64,000 nt of DNA. Origin: Naegleria gruberi (Eukaryota). The notes beneath the pieces are model-generated. The model had not been told where the DNA came from. It saw only the letters and a list, made by a program, of their open reading frames with translations, and made no database searches. The stretch's first letter is position 1; each line of letters starts with the position of its first letter. A program made the translations under genes and the position numbers. This document shows positions 23,029-33,730 of this stretch, piece after piece. The stretch lies in NCBI GenBank assembly GCA_000004985.1, contig GG738846.1; one strand, written 5' to 3'.

Positions 23029-24661
23029 TTATTTTCTCTTCAGATTAAAATAGGAAAAAATTGGGTTACCAAGAACTGGTTCTTTTGGAATGGTAACTGT
23101 TTGATTTTGAGGTTGATAACCATCCTTTGATACTTGAATAGTAAAGGTTCCAGGAGGTAACAATCTCCAGAAAAATCCATTAGAATTAGAATTAATAATC
23201 TTTGCATTATTAATTACAGTTACATTAGCTCCAATAACTGCATTTCCAATATCATCTGAAACAATACCAACTGCAGAATACTTCAATTGATCCATATAAG
23301 CAATTAGAGCGTCCTTATTTTGATCCCAATATCCATCTAAGTGATCTTCAGGAGCAATATACTCCTCAGTCAACTCTAAAGTAAGTTCATAACAATTAGC
23401 TCCAAAGTAATTATAATCGGCCATGGAATGTCTGAATAAAATTCGAATTAATCTAAAAATGAAAAAGAAAAGCTTACCTAACAACCCACCATTGGGCACC
23501 ATTGGTAATACCTCCTGGGAATCTCTTACTCAAGTGCATAACAGTGTTAGTGTCTGCATAAACTGATGCAACTTGTTTGAAGAAGGTATCATCAGGTGTG
23601 GCAGAATAATTACAATCCTTTGACAAGGCAGTATCGAAAGGATAGTTAGCAACAACTACACCTCCATGTAGATTGGCTGACAAAATAAATGATTCCTTTG
23701 AAATCCAGTTCAAAACTGCAATAGTTTCTGGTTGGAATGGATCATCAGGCTTACCAAAATAAAAGTCTGGGAAGTTTCTATTCAAATCAACACCGTTTGC
23801 ATTTCTTCTTTGTTTAAGCTCATAACCATCAGGGTTCATAGATGGCATAATATAAACATCCATATAATCAAGAATGGAAGTTACTCTTACATCACCAGCA
23901 TTATACAAGTTCAAGAGATATTCAATAAAATAGAGAATTACTTCTCTTCCAACAGTTTCGTTACCGTGCATGTTTGCAATATATTTGAACTTTGGTTTTT
24001 CATATCTCAAGTTTGTATTTGGTCTACCAATAACTTTTGTACCAAAAAGTTTCATAACCCATAATTCTCTTTGTTGGACTGATTGACCAACAGAGAAGAG
24101 TACAGATAAATGAGGATTGGCAGCGTTGAGAGCCTTCAATTTAGCTGTCATTTGCACATAGTCATGATTTGAAAGCAAATTCTTTGCTGCTCTTTTGTCA
24201 AGGGAGGATTTTCTTGTTGTGGTATTGAATAATCTTTTAACAATGATTGGAGTCTTGCTCTTACTTTCTGCATTAATTTCATCAATTTGATGTTCCAATC
24301 TGTGTACTTGATTTTCATTCTTCATTTCAACAATGAACATTCTTTCTTTTTGTAATTGTTGAGCGAGAGATGAAAGAAAGTCATTTCCATTCCCAATTAA
24401 CATCTTGTCGAGTGGTTTTCTAATTCTAATAGAGGCCTTATCAAACATTTTTGCGTGTCTTCCTTCAACAAAAACTTTTTCTAATTCTTGTCTATTTAAT
24501 CCCATTACTAGTACAGAAAATTCAGACAACATTCCTGCACTGCTAGTGCCCGTATGTAATGTTATCTTTGTAGAGGATGAGTGAATTAAAATCATCACGG
24601 TCATCATCATTATTATGCCCTTCATCAGATGCACTGATGAAAATCGTTGTTGTTGTTTCAT
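23029..24661 (-). CDS. Secreted zinc carboxypeptidase, M14B (CPD/CPE/CPN-like) with C-terminal transthyretin-like regulatory domain, 2 exons: 24661..23478, 23431..23029
   Basis: Signal peptide MKQQQRFSSVHLMKGIIMMMTVMILIHSSS. Zn-binding/catalytic blocks YIANMHGNETVGREVILYFIEYL, NANGVDLNRNFPDFYFG, MNPDGYE. TTR-like domain GIVSDDIGNAVIGANVTVIN...GFFWRLLPPGTFTIQVSKDGYQPQNQTVTIP. Intron 23432..23477 (GTAAGC...TTCAG). Confidence 0.8.
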
Positions 24662-25119
24662 TGGTTCTGTGAAAGAAACGAGAATCTCTCTTTGTTATCC
24701 CGAGTTGTTTATGACGGAGCGGTTTGTTGTTCTTTTTTCTGAGCAATTTGTTTGAAAATTACAATCTAAGCTCTGCTCAGAGCTAGGACTCCACAACAAT
24801 TCGGAAGCAATTACCAAATTATTATTGCTAATGAAATAATTGGAAGCGTGTTTACAAAATTTGGCTCCTTCAGGAGTTAACAACTCCCTTAAAAATCTTG
24901 AACGTTTGTCTCAGTTAATAAAAGAAACAATAAGTTTCCAATGACATTCAATTTTTAATCTTCGTCTGAAAATTATCAAATCCAATAATTGACCAATAGG
25001 ATACCTACATATTAACCAAACAAGTATTGATATTTTGCTTTTTGTTTGCCTTTAAGTTTTTAACAACAGGTTAAATGAATTATTTATTCTATTTAAATTT
25101 TAAATAATTCTATTTAAAA
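24662..25119. promoter_or_regulatory. Largest intergenic region in the window (458 bp), divergent promoters of carboxypeptidase (minus) and SAC3/GANP gene (plus)
   Basis: No ORF or RNA-gene signature. Contains a perfect short hairpin aagctctgctcagagctagg (about 24762..24781). Confidence 0.3.
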
Positions 25120-28100
25120 ATGCCACCAAGAGAAGCAAGAGGAAATTCCAACCCATCATCTGGCTCTTCTCGATACCACAGATCATTTAAGAATACATCG
25201 GATAATACCGATGAACAACAACATAAACCTTCAAGAGGGAATTATAGAGGGGGATATAGAGGAAACTCTCGTTCAAATTCTTCTTCAAGAACAGAGGAAA
25301 CAAATGACACAAACACACAAAAATCGACTTCTCACAGAGGAGGACACAATACACAAAGAGGACCTTACATACCAAGAAATTCAGAGGATTTATCGGAAGG
25401 TTTACCTAAAACAAGAGTTAAGCCATACAAACCTGGTTTTATTAAAAAACAAAAATCCGAAACACTTCCCAATTTTCAAATAGTAGCAAGAAATGATGAA
25501 GATGAGGAAAGTTCACAAACATCAAATAGGACAAAAAAACAACCATTTAAAAAACCGAATCCAAAAGATTTAGTTTGGGAAAGATCTGCTGAAAGAGATG
25601 ATGAGCAGGCTCCAAAACCTCCAAAACAAACTTTTCAAAAACAACCATTTAAAAAACCGAACCCAAAAGATTTGGTTTGGGAAAGGCCTGCTGAAAGAGA
25701 TGATGAACAGATTCCAAAACAAAAATTAAAGAAACAACCATTTAAAAAACCGAATCCAAAAGATTTGGTTTGGGAAAGGCCTCCCGAAAAGGATAATCAA
25801 AGATTTAAAGAAGGAAAAAATCTACATTTACAAATTTTCAAATAGTAGCAAATAATGACGACAAGGACGAGGAGCAAAATACTCAAAAACCACATAGAAA
25901 GCAACCATTTCAAAAACCAAATCCAAAAGATTTAGTTTGGGAAAGGCCTGCTGAAAGAGATGATGAACAGATTCCAAAACAAACTTTCCAAAAACAACCA
26001 TTTAAAAAACCGAATCCTAAAGATTTGGTTTGGGAAAGACCTGTAGATAAGGATGAGCCAACTCTAACAAATAGAATTGCAAAAAAACAACCATTTAAAA
26101 AACCAAATCCAAAAGATTTAGTTTGGGAAAGGCCTGCTGAGAGAGACGATGAGCAGGCTCCAAAACAAACTTTTCAAAAACAACCATTTAAAAAACCGAA
26201 TCCAAAAGATTTGGTTTGGGAAAGGCCTGCTGAAAGAGATGATGAAGAATCCGAACACTCTCATACACCATCTGGAATTCACAAATATTTAGATGATTTA
26301 TCACATGGCCCAAATATATTTACCCTACCACAAGGATTTTCTGGATTTGGCTCTTACAGAGATTCTAATTTACCAGATAATAATTTATTCGAAATTTCTA
26401 AACCAAAAATTGTAAATATCAACGAGGATGAAGAGGATAATATAATCAAATCTGACGAGAAAGGGGTATTATTTGAGGATGAAGAACAAGACGAAGAGTA
26501 TTATGTAGAAAAAGACCAAACAGACAATGAGCAAGATGAAGAGGATAATCATGACGAGGAAGATCAAGAAGAAGACTATAATAATTTTGTTATTGAAAGA
26601 AAATCTTCCTCATCGTATGATGAAAACGACAGTGAAAGACAAATCCTAACAATTCCCCCTAAAACACATGAAAAGAATGAAAAGGACATTATCTACTCGA
26701 AACTGAAAACTATGGAATCAAAGACAAAAATTTGGGAAAAAAGCTATCCAATCAAGGCTAACTCAATTATTGGTACATGTCAGGACAAATGCCCAAAACA
26801 AGAGATTACCAACAGAGAAAAGGATAACGATCTCAGTTTATTTGAAAAGACAGGAAAGATCATTATAGACGAGCATGGTATTAAGATGTACAAAGCAGAT
26901 CCTAATGCTTGCGTGAAAAAGTATGCCAGATCTGCTGCAGCCGTTCATGCTGATCCTTCACTAATTCGTCCTCCTCTAATACTCAAGAAAACATTGGAAT
27001 ATTTGACCCATAATATTTTAGAACGTAAAGAAGAGTATCATACTATATATTTTTTTATTAGAGACAGAGCTAGAAGTATTATCCAAGACCTAACAATACA
27101 AGACATCAGAGATGAACGAAGTGTAGACTTACATGAAATAATTTCAAGGTTTCACATAATGAGTCATCACTTACTAGCAGATGTAGGAGAAGAATTATCA
27201 GATCCTCATCAAAATCTTGAATTAATGAGCAAATGGCTTAAAAGCTTACAGGAGCTCTATTTTGAATTAAGATCTAATGGAATTGAATGTCCAAATGAGT
27301 CAGAGTTCACTGCTTACTATATACTTGTAAAGATTACTTCAGATCAAGAAGTTGCCAAGTGTTTGAGAAACCTTCCTTCCAAAGTCAGCAAGTCTCCAGA
27401 GGTATTGTTCGCCCTTAAGGTTTACGGAGCATTTTCTACTAAAAATTATGTACGATATTTTGAATTGGTCAAGCAAGCAAGTTACCTAAGTGCATGTCTA
27501 ATGCACATGTATTTTGCACATATCAGAGAAGAAGCTCTCAGAATTATGAATACAGCATTTAATATTAAGGTCACTGATATTTCCAAGGCTGGTAGATATC
27601 CAATATCTAAACTCGTAGATATTTTGGCATTTGAAACTAAAGGAGAGTGCACAGATTTTTGCAAAGCCCACGGTATTTATATTGACGGGGATGATGTATT
27701 ATTCAAATACTCCACGTTCGTAACACCTGACAAGAAAATCAAATCAAAGAGGTCATTGAGGTTGATTGAATCAAAGGTTGCTGGCATTAGATACTCTGAT
27801 CTTGTAAATTTAAATTTTCGGATAGCTCCAGAACCTTCCAAAACACCGCCGAAAGAATTAGAAACTAAAATCAATGAGTCACCTCAGAAAATCGAGATAA
27901 TCAATCCACCAACTCAAGTGCAAATAGTTCCTCCAGCTTCCCAACCAAAACCACCAACACCTGCTCTTATTCAGAGTGCTATTCCAAAGGAAGTAATAAG
28001 AGAACCTGAAACAAAAATACCATTGGTAACTCAGCAACCACCATCTAGGTATGATGTTCCACATGTCAATCCACCCTCCACTTTTGTTCCACCCAAACCA

Positions 28101-30176
28101 ACTACACAAGAAAATAGACCAATCTTTCCTCCAATTGTTTTTAGTCCTTCCCAGATGCCACCTTTTAACATAATCAAGTCACCAAATCCTCCAATTCCAC
28201 CTACTCTAATTCAACCACAACCACCTGTAGCTTTTAAAACTCAATCACATAGAAACGAAATTTCTATTGATCCCTTGATTCCTCAAATCCCAGTCTCCCC
28301 AATTAAACCCCTAGGTCCGACTGAGGAGGAAACCAAAAAAGAACTGAAAAGCAAATATTTTTCATTATTGAAGAAATATGCAGAAAGGAAAAAGAGAATT
28401 CGTGCAAGTAGGAAACAACACATCAGCAATGCAATGGACTTTGTACTCCAAGAAAATATTATGTCAGATGATTATGAAGAAGATCAATCAATGTGCAAAT
28501 ATTACAAACACATATTCAAGAAGAGATATCTCAGCCAATTATACCAACCTCTTGACTTGGCTTCTCTTATCTTTAATTCACCTGTTACTGACAAGATTGA
28601 TACATTTTTCAGCTTTTTTTGGAAACTAATGATAGTACCAGGAACAAACAGCACTCATCTTAATGAATGGATTGCGGCAAAATTTTCTCGCCCAAATAGT
28701 GATGACTATTTGTGTAATTTTATAGTAAACGGTAAGGACGTGGATTCCCTACCAAGACCCAAGAAAAACACAGAACTACATATTTGTGCACGAACCCCCA
28801 AAGACTCAAGGTCATGGAGAGGTACTTCCTCAATAATTTTCATATTGGATAATCCCAACAATACCGATTTACAGACATATTTCTCACTAGAAAAAAAGAG
28901 GTTACACCAACATTTTTCAAATTTAGGCTTATTTAATGATACTCATATCCCTATTCTAATTCTCTTTGATAAGAGCTGGTTTCACAATAGCAGTGAAAAT
29001 ATGCTAAAGGAGCATTTCCTTCACATTATCTATGAAGATTTTAAATGCTTTTCAAATGTGGAATATGTAGGCATTAATTTTACTCACCTACTAAACTTTC
29101 CCTCATCAGAAGAAATTGCTATTTTAAATCAAGTTTTAGAAAATTACACCTTGTGGCTTGCAAATAACTCCTCCGATCCACCTCTTCTCCACACATATTC
29201 TATTAGAGATTTGATAGAAGAAACAACTTTTTCACACATTCGAAAATTGTTGATCGATATTGATCCAAATGCTAGAAATGGTATAACTGTTAAGGATTTG
29301 ATACTTGTATACAATGATGTGTGTGAATCGCTATCCCATCAGACTATTTCAGAGACTGAAAGAATGAGAAAACTAAATTGGCCAGCTCCAGAGTTTGAAA
29401 AGTATTGCGATTGGAACACAGATGAAAATGCAATACTTCAAAAAGAGCTTTTAGGTCAATTATCATTACCAACCATTGATCTAACTCTCTACAACTCTAA
29501 ACATATTGTTGACAATTTGTATAGCTCATGTAAGCAGTATGTGACAACCCTGTATACAAAACGTAAGATTTATCATCCAGCCATTTCCAGTCAATCCATC
29601 AAGCAGTTGGTTAAGGAACTTGTTAACGGTGGTGGATATGCTGCTAGTATCAAAATCTTTGAAATGTTCATTGAGATACATTTAACCTTGCTCTTTGATA
29701 AGGATCCACTTTATAGTTTTGTTTTCACCACAGCAGAATTCAAAAGTATTGCCAATTCAGTTTTGGAGAGGCTCAGATATAGCTCAAACCCATTCATCGA
29801 ATCGTCATTAAGGGCTTCGTATGGGTTAAAAATGTCTCTCAATTCAGACAAGACTAATTTTGAGACTTTTAGAAATCTTAAACGTATTATCAAAGAATCC
29901 ACTCAAGAAAAAAACCAAGATTGTAAGAAGAGAAAACTTGTTACCTATATTGATATTAATCAATGTATAGGGATGCACACCCAATTATCAAACAAAATTA
30001 GTGAGCAAAGAAGTCTATTTTCTCATCTCGAATCAGCCCCATCCGATCTTAGTTACCACTCTATTGTAGATACAGATATGAGTGACACAGTATCCACCAG
30101 TGACAGTTGTCAGTCCTGCATTGATTCCCTCAAATTACTACAAGAAAAACTTGAAATGTATAGAAAGGGTATTTAA
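25120..30176 (+). CDS. SAC3/GANP-domain protein (mRNA export / TREX-2 scaffold family) with N-terminal tandem-repeat region; frame discontinuity near 25806..25845
   Basis: SAC3/GANP homology CQDKCPKQEITNREKDNDLSLFEKTGKIIIDEHGIKMYKADPNACVKKYARSAA...IRPPLILKKTLEYLTHNIL...YHTIYFFIRDRARSIIQDLTIQD. Long proline-rich and C-terminal regions. ORFs 25120..25845 and 26025..30176 carry the same repeat family in different frames. Confidence 0.6.
25490..26245 (+). repeat. Coding tandem repeat: about 87-bp (29-aa) units KKQPFKKPNPKDLVWERPAERDDEQ[AI]PKQTFQ, at least 7 copies, embedded in an about 370-bp higher-order duplication
   Basis: Repeated DNA motif aaacaaccatttaaaaaaccgaatccaaaagatttggtttgggaaaggcctgctgaaagagatgatgaacag seen at about 25540, 25650, 25740, 25905, 25990, 26085, 26180. 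Flanking NFQIVARNDEDEE (25470) vs FQIVANNDDKDEE (25835) shows the larger unit duplication. Confidence 0.85.
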
Positions 30177-30184
30177 TAAAGTGC

Positions 30185-31420
30185 TCAGATTTTGAACGTT
30201 TGGTAAATATTTTCCTTATTGAGTTCAGTTAGAGGAGACAATCCACTTGTCATATCAACCGATTTTGTTTGTTTTTGTTTTTCAAATTCTGTCTTTTCTT
30301 TAAGGAAAGCCAATCTTTCTTTTTCTAATTGTTTTTCCTTTTCTTCTAATTTTTCTTCCTTCTTCTTTATGAATTGTTCTCTTTTTTCTAATGCCTTTTC
30401 TTTTTCCTTGAGGATCTTGTAGCGTTGTTTGATATAGGTATCGAAAATATTAAATCTCACAATAGATGTTTCACAAATTTCAACAATGGAAATTCTTTTT
30501 TTTGGCTTCAATTAAATGTAAGAGGTTGGTAGTTGAAACACTATACTTACATCTACACAAATCATTCTATTGATTAATTCAGAAACCTCCTTACTGTAAC
30601 AAGATGGAATTGGATTGAATTTTCCAGCTGCAATCTTCTTTTCAAGTAACACAGCATTTGGAGCTTTAAAAGGAGGCTCCAAGGTGCACAACTCATACAA
30701 AATACATCCCAGAGACCAGATATCACAACTTTCGTCATACCCTTGATCACTCAATTGATCTGACAATAATTCAGGAGGCATATAGTAAGGTGTTCCAAGT
30801 CTTGTGTGAGCAAACTTTGATTGGTCCGATAAAATTCTTGCCAATCCAAAATCACCCAACTTTACATTCAAATCTTTATCCAAGAAAATATTTCCTGGTT
30901 TCAAATCTCTATGAATAACTTTTCCACTCTTTCTTGTGTGACATTCTTTTAATGCACAACAAACTTCGGAAAAGATTTTCAGAACTGTTGCTTCTTCAAT
31001 TTTACCAGATGTTTTCTTAATGGATTGTATAAATTTACCCAAATCTCCACCCTCACAGCACTCCATCAAAATGTACAATTTTCTCTTGTTTTTATCAATG
31101 TACCTATTAAAATATTTAACTATATTCTTGTTTTCCAAATCTTTGAGAATGTTAACCTCTAAATAAATGTATGTTTTTTATCACCCTCAAGTCTCTTACT
31201 TACCAGTGACTATTAATTGCTTTTCCTTCTCCGACATTCGGCCATAATCAATCTCTTTCCACACATATATCCTATGATCCTTCTTGGATTTAACCTTATA
31301 CTTTTTATAGGGATAGAATTATAGTTAAAATTTATGGAAATGATTTAAACCTACCACACTTCCAAAGCTACCATGCCCTAATTGTTCTACAACATCAAAA
31401 TCGGCTAATCCTGTCTCCAT
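30185..31420 (-). CDS. NEK2: NIMA-related kinase NEK2 orthologue, 4 exons: 31420..31355, 31301..31204, 31158..30551, 30504..30185; exon 2 carries an apparent +1 frameshift
   Basis: Exon 1 METGLADFDVVEQLGHGSFGSV (Gly loop). Exon 3 EVNILKDLENKNIVKYFNRYIDKNKRKLYILMECCEGGDL...CHTRKSGKVIHRDLKPGNIFLDKDLNVKLGDFGLARIL...GTPYYMPPE...DIWSLGCILYEL matches NEK2 (HRSDGGHTVLHRDLKPANVFLD...). C-terminal coiled coil EKEKALEKREQFIKKKEEKLEEKEKQLEKERLAFLKEK. Exon 2 reads YKVKSKKDHRIYVW then shifts frame; the conserved continuation KEIDYGRMSEKEKQLIVT is in the +1 frame (extra C in CCC at about 31258..31260). Confidence 0.75.
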
Positions 31421-31530
31421 ATTGCTGTTAATGAAATGTTGTATTTTTTTTAACAATGTGTAACGTTTCGATTCTAGAAATATTGAGCGGTTAAGGAACA
31501 TTTGGCGGGAAAAATAAAAATTTTACTTGC

Positions 31531-33039
31531 TTAAATATTAAATTGTTTCTTATCAACAACAAGTTCATTTCTTCCGTACCATTCAAATTCACCAAACAAG
31601 TTATCAAATTTACCCAATTGTAAACTTTGTAATCGGAAAGTAACACGAGGTCCAACTTCTTGAATTTTTACACCCTTAGTTACAGTTACAGACTTGGCAC
31701 GATCTTTTACACCCTGTTCAATGTTATTTTCGTCACACTCTTCTTCTTCACTTTCGTCTTCATCATCTGATTGTTGAATGTCCATTTCATTATTGACAAC
31801 TTTCAATTGGTTATTCAATTTTTCAATCTCTTGTTTAACATTCTTGGCCAAATAGACATCATCACGGTCATACTCTGAATGGTCATTACCTTTGTTCTTT
31901 TCATCAACATCATAGAAATTATAAATGTGGTGTCTGAAGAATATAAAGTCACGTTGATTGTGCATGGTCACAACTCTTCTACCAGTAAAATTAGGTTTTT
32001 GTGGGAAAATTGCTTGGAACATTCTAGCAACTCTATAACCCAATCTTGTGGTAAAGTTATTTAAAATCAATTCTGGATAAAACTTTTGACAATAGTTTCT
32101 ATCCACTTTGGCAATATTTCTCAAATCCTTCTTAAGTTTTGGGAATGAAAGTCTAAATGTAGCACATGGTCCAGTTGGTAAGTGAATGAGTAAACATGAT
32201 GAAGGCTTGTTGTTTCTTTCTCCAATAACAATCACATCTGTAAAATCATTCTTTTCGGCGTATTCAATAACTTGCTTCACATAATAGTGTTTTCTTTTCA
32301 TGTAAAAACTATTTGGAATACAGTTCAATAACTCCTTAATAAATGTCATTGTGAACTTTGAGGCGTTCTTGGCCTTATCCAACATGGCATTATATTGAGT
32401 CGTAATGAGAACCTTTGGTTCTTTTCCATTTTTAAAATATTCTTCAAATTCGTCAATATCTTCTTCCTCTGCCAAAGTTTCTTGTTTTGATTTATGAACC
32501 TGTTCATCAAAATTTTTCAAATATTCCAAATCATTTTCAGGATGGTAATTTGTCTTGTAAGGTGTAATAATAGATGGGTCATAGATACGTTTATCTTCTT
32601 GTGTTTTTGGTTGTTGGATTGGTACGCCCAAATCTCTTCTTTCTTTTCTATTCTTGTTTTGTAATAATCTTCTCAATTTACGTTGTTTGGTAATTATTTC
32701 ATGTTTGTGGTCACTGTTTTTAATTCTCTTTGCATTTATTCTAAGAATAGGATACTTGTCAACCAATTCTTGTCTTTCAACATAGGGTGTTGATTCATCA
32801 ACATCAGGTACAATCTTTGCAGCTTCATGAATATTCTTCTTGTACTTTTTTTTGAATTCTTTCTTTTTTGCTTCCGAATCCTCTTCAGTATTTAAATACT
32901 TGCTGACATTATAGTCCACTGTTTTGGTGTACCCATGTTGATTTTTATAATAGTGATCCTTCATCTTGTACAATTGATTCACATCGGTAATCACTTGGTT
33001 TTTCTTTTCCTCCTTTGAATTATTTGTTTTCTTTGGCAT
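31531..33039 (-). CDS. RPF1: Ribosome production factor 1 (RPF1), Brix-domain protein, single exon
   Basis: Brix domain KEPKVLITTQYNAM...VIVIGERNNKPSSCLLIHLPTGPCATFRLS and sigma70-like motif PELILNNFTTRLGYRVARMFQAIFPQKPNFTGRRVVTMHNQRDFIFFRHHIY. C-terminal IQEVGPRVTFRLQSLQLGKFDNLFGEFEWY matches human RPF1 ([29 protein letters not shown]). N-terminal K/E-rich extension and an inserted acidic loop. Probable start MPKKTNNSK at 33039 (the ORF's upstream codon is not necessarily ATG). Confidence 0.8.
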   Translation of the reverse strand: MPKKTNNSKEEKKNQVITDVNQLYKMKDHYYKNQHGYTKTVDYNVSKYLNTEEDSEAKKKEFKKKYKKNIHEAAKIVPDVDESTPYVERQELVDKYPILRINAKRIKNSDHKHEIITKQRKLRRLLQNKNRKERRDLGVPIQQPKTQEDKRIYDPSIITPYKTNYHPENDLEYLKNFDEQVHKSKQETLAEEEDIDEFEEYFKNGKEPKVLITTQYNAMLDKAKNASKFTMTFIKELLNCIPNSFYMKRKHYYVKQVIEYAEKNDFTDVIVIGERNNKPSSCLLIHLPTGPCATFRLSFPKLKKDLRNIAKVDRNYCQKFYPELILNNFTTRLGYRVARMFQAIFPQKPNFTGRRVVTMHNQRDFIFFRHHIYNFYDVDEKNKGNDHSEYDRDDVYLAKNVKQEIEKLNNQLKVVNNEMDIQQSDDEDESEEEECDENNIEQGVKDRAKSVTVTKGVKIQEVGPRVTFRLQSLQLGKFDNLFGEFEWYGRNELVVDKKQFNI

Positions 33040-33178
33040 TGTTGTTATTTTTTCTTTTAAAATTATTTTCAATAGTTTGTTGATTTAAATAATTCAAACA
33101 TATTTTTGATGTCAAGCATTACTACTATCGGAATCAACCATTATATACAATTATTTATTATTTACACTACTATTTACA

Positions 33179-33526
33179 TTAATCCTCTTCTTGTTCTACA
33201 GAGGTGTCCATATTAGAGTATTGGGCAGTGAAAAGATCTGGATTCTCTCTAAACGCCTTTGCCCTACTGTCCATGATGCTAATTTGTTTAGAGTACATTT
33301 GATTGATGAGTGATTGTCTTTGGACAATTCCCAAATTCTTTATTCCCTTCTCATATAATTGTTTAATCTTTTCCTTGTCAGTGATTGTTTTGTTCTTTTT
33401 AAAATCTTCTCTTGTACACCTTAGAGTATATTCTCTAAAGTTATAATCGGAGAACTGTTTACCACCTTTTAATAGTCCTTTGTAGAGGGAGAGAATTTGT
33501 GATTTTGGTATTATTGATGAAGACAT
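33179..33526 (-). CDS. LYRM4: LYR-motif protein ISD11/LYRM4 (Fe-S cluster assembly, NFS1 partner) with C-terminal extension, 115 aa
   Basis: ILSLYKGLLKGGKQFSDYNFREYTLRCTREDFKKNKTITDKEKIKQLYEKGIKNLGIVQRQSLINQMY aligns with human LYRM4 ([68 protein letters not shown]). Confidence 0.9.
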   Translation of the reverse strand: MSSSIIPKSQILSLYKGLLKGGKQFSDYNFREYTLRCTREDFKKNKTITDKEKIKQLYEKGIKNLGIVQRQSLINQMYSKQISIMDSRAKAFRENPDLFTAQYSNMDTSVEQEED

Positions 33527-33730
33527 TTTTTAAACAGAATTCGGTACTCCATACCACGGATTTAATGGAGAAGTGTAAAAAGAATCGTTAATAATACGAG
33601 TGCATAATTAATAAGCATAATATTTGCTTTCACCCACATGGTACATGTAATAATAAATAAATTAAAATCACAAATTCATTTTTAATTGTTGTTAATAACC
33701 GAATATTTATTTAAATAAATTTATTAAAAA

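Noticed and set aside
24755-24800. Possible small RNA or tRNA at the hairpin aagctctgctcagagctagg in the 458-bp intergenic region
   Set aside because: It is only a simple 6-bp stem-loop. There is no cloverleaf, no T-loop (GGTTCGANTCC-like) or A/B-box pattern, and the length does not fit a tRNA. It is more likely incidental or a promoter-proximal element.
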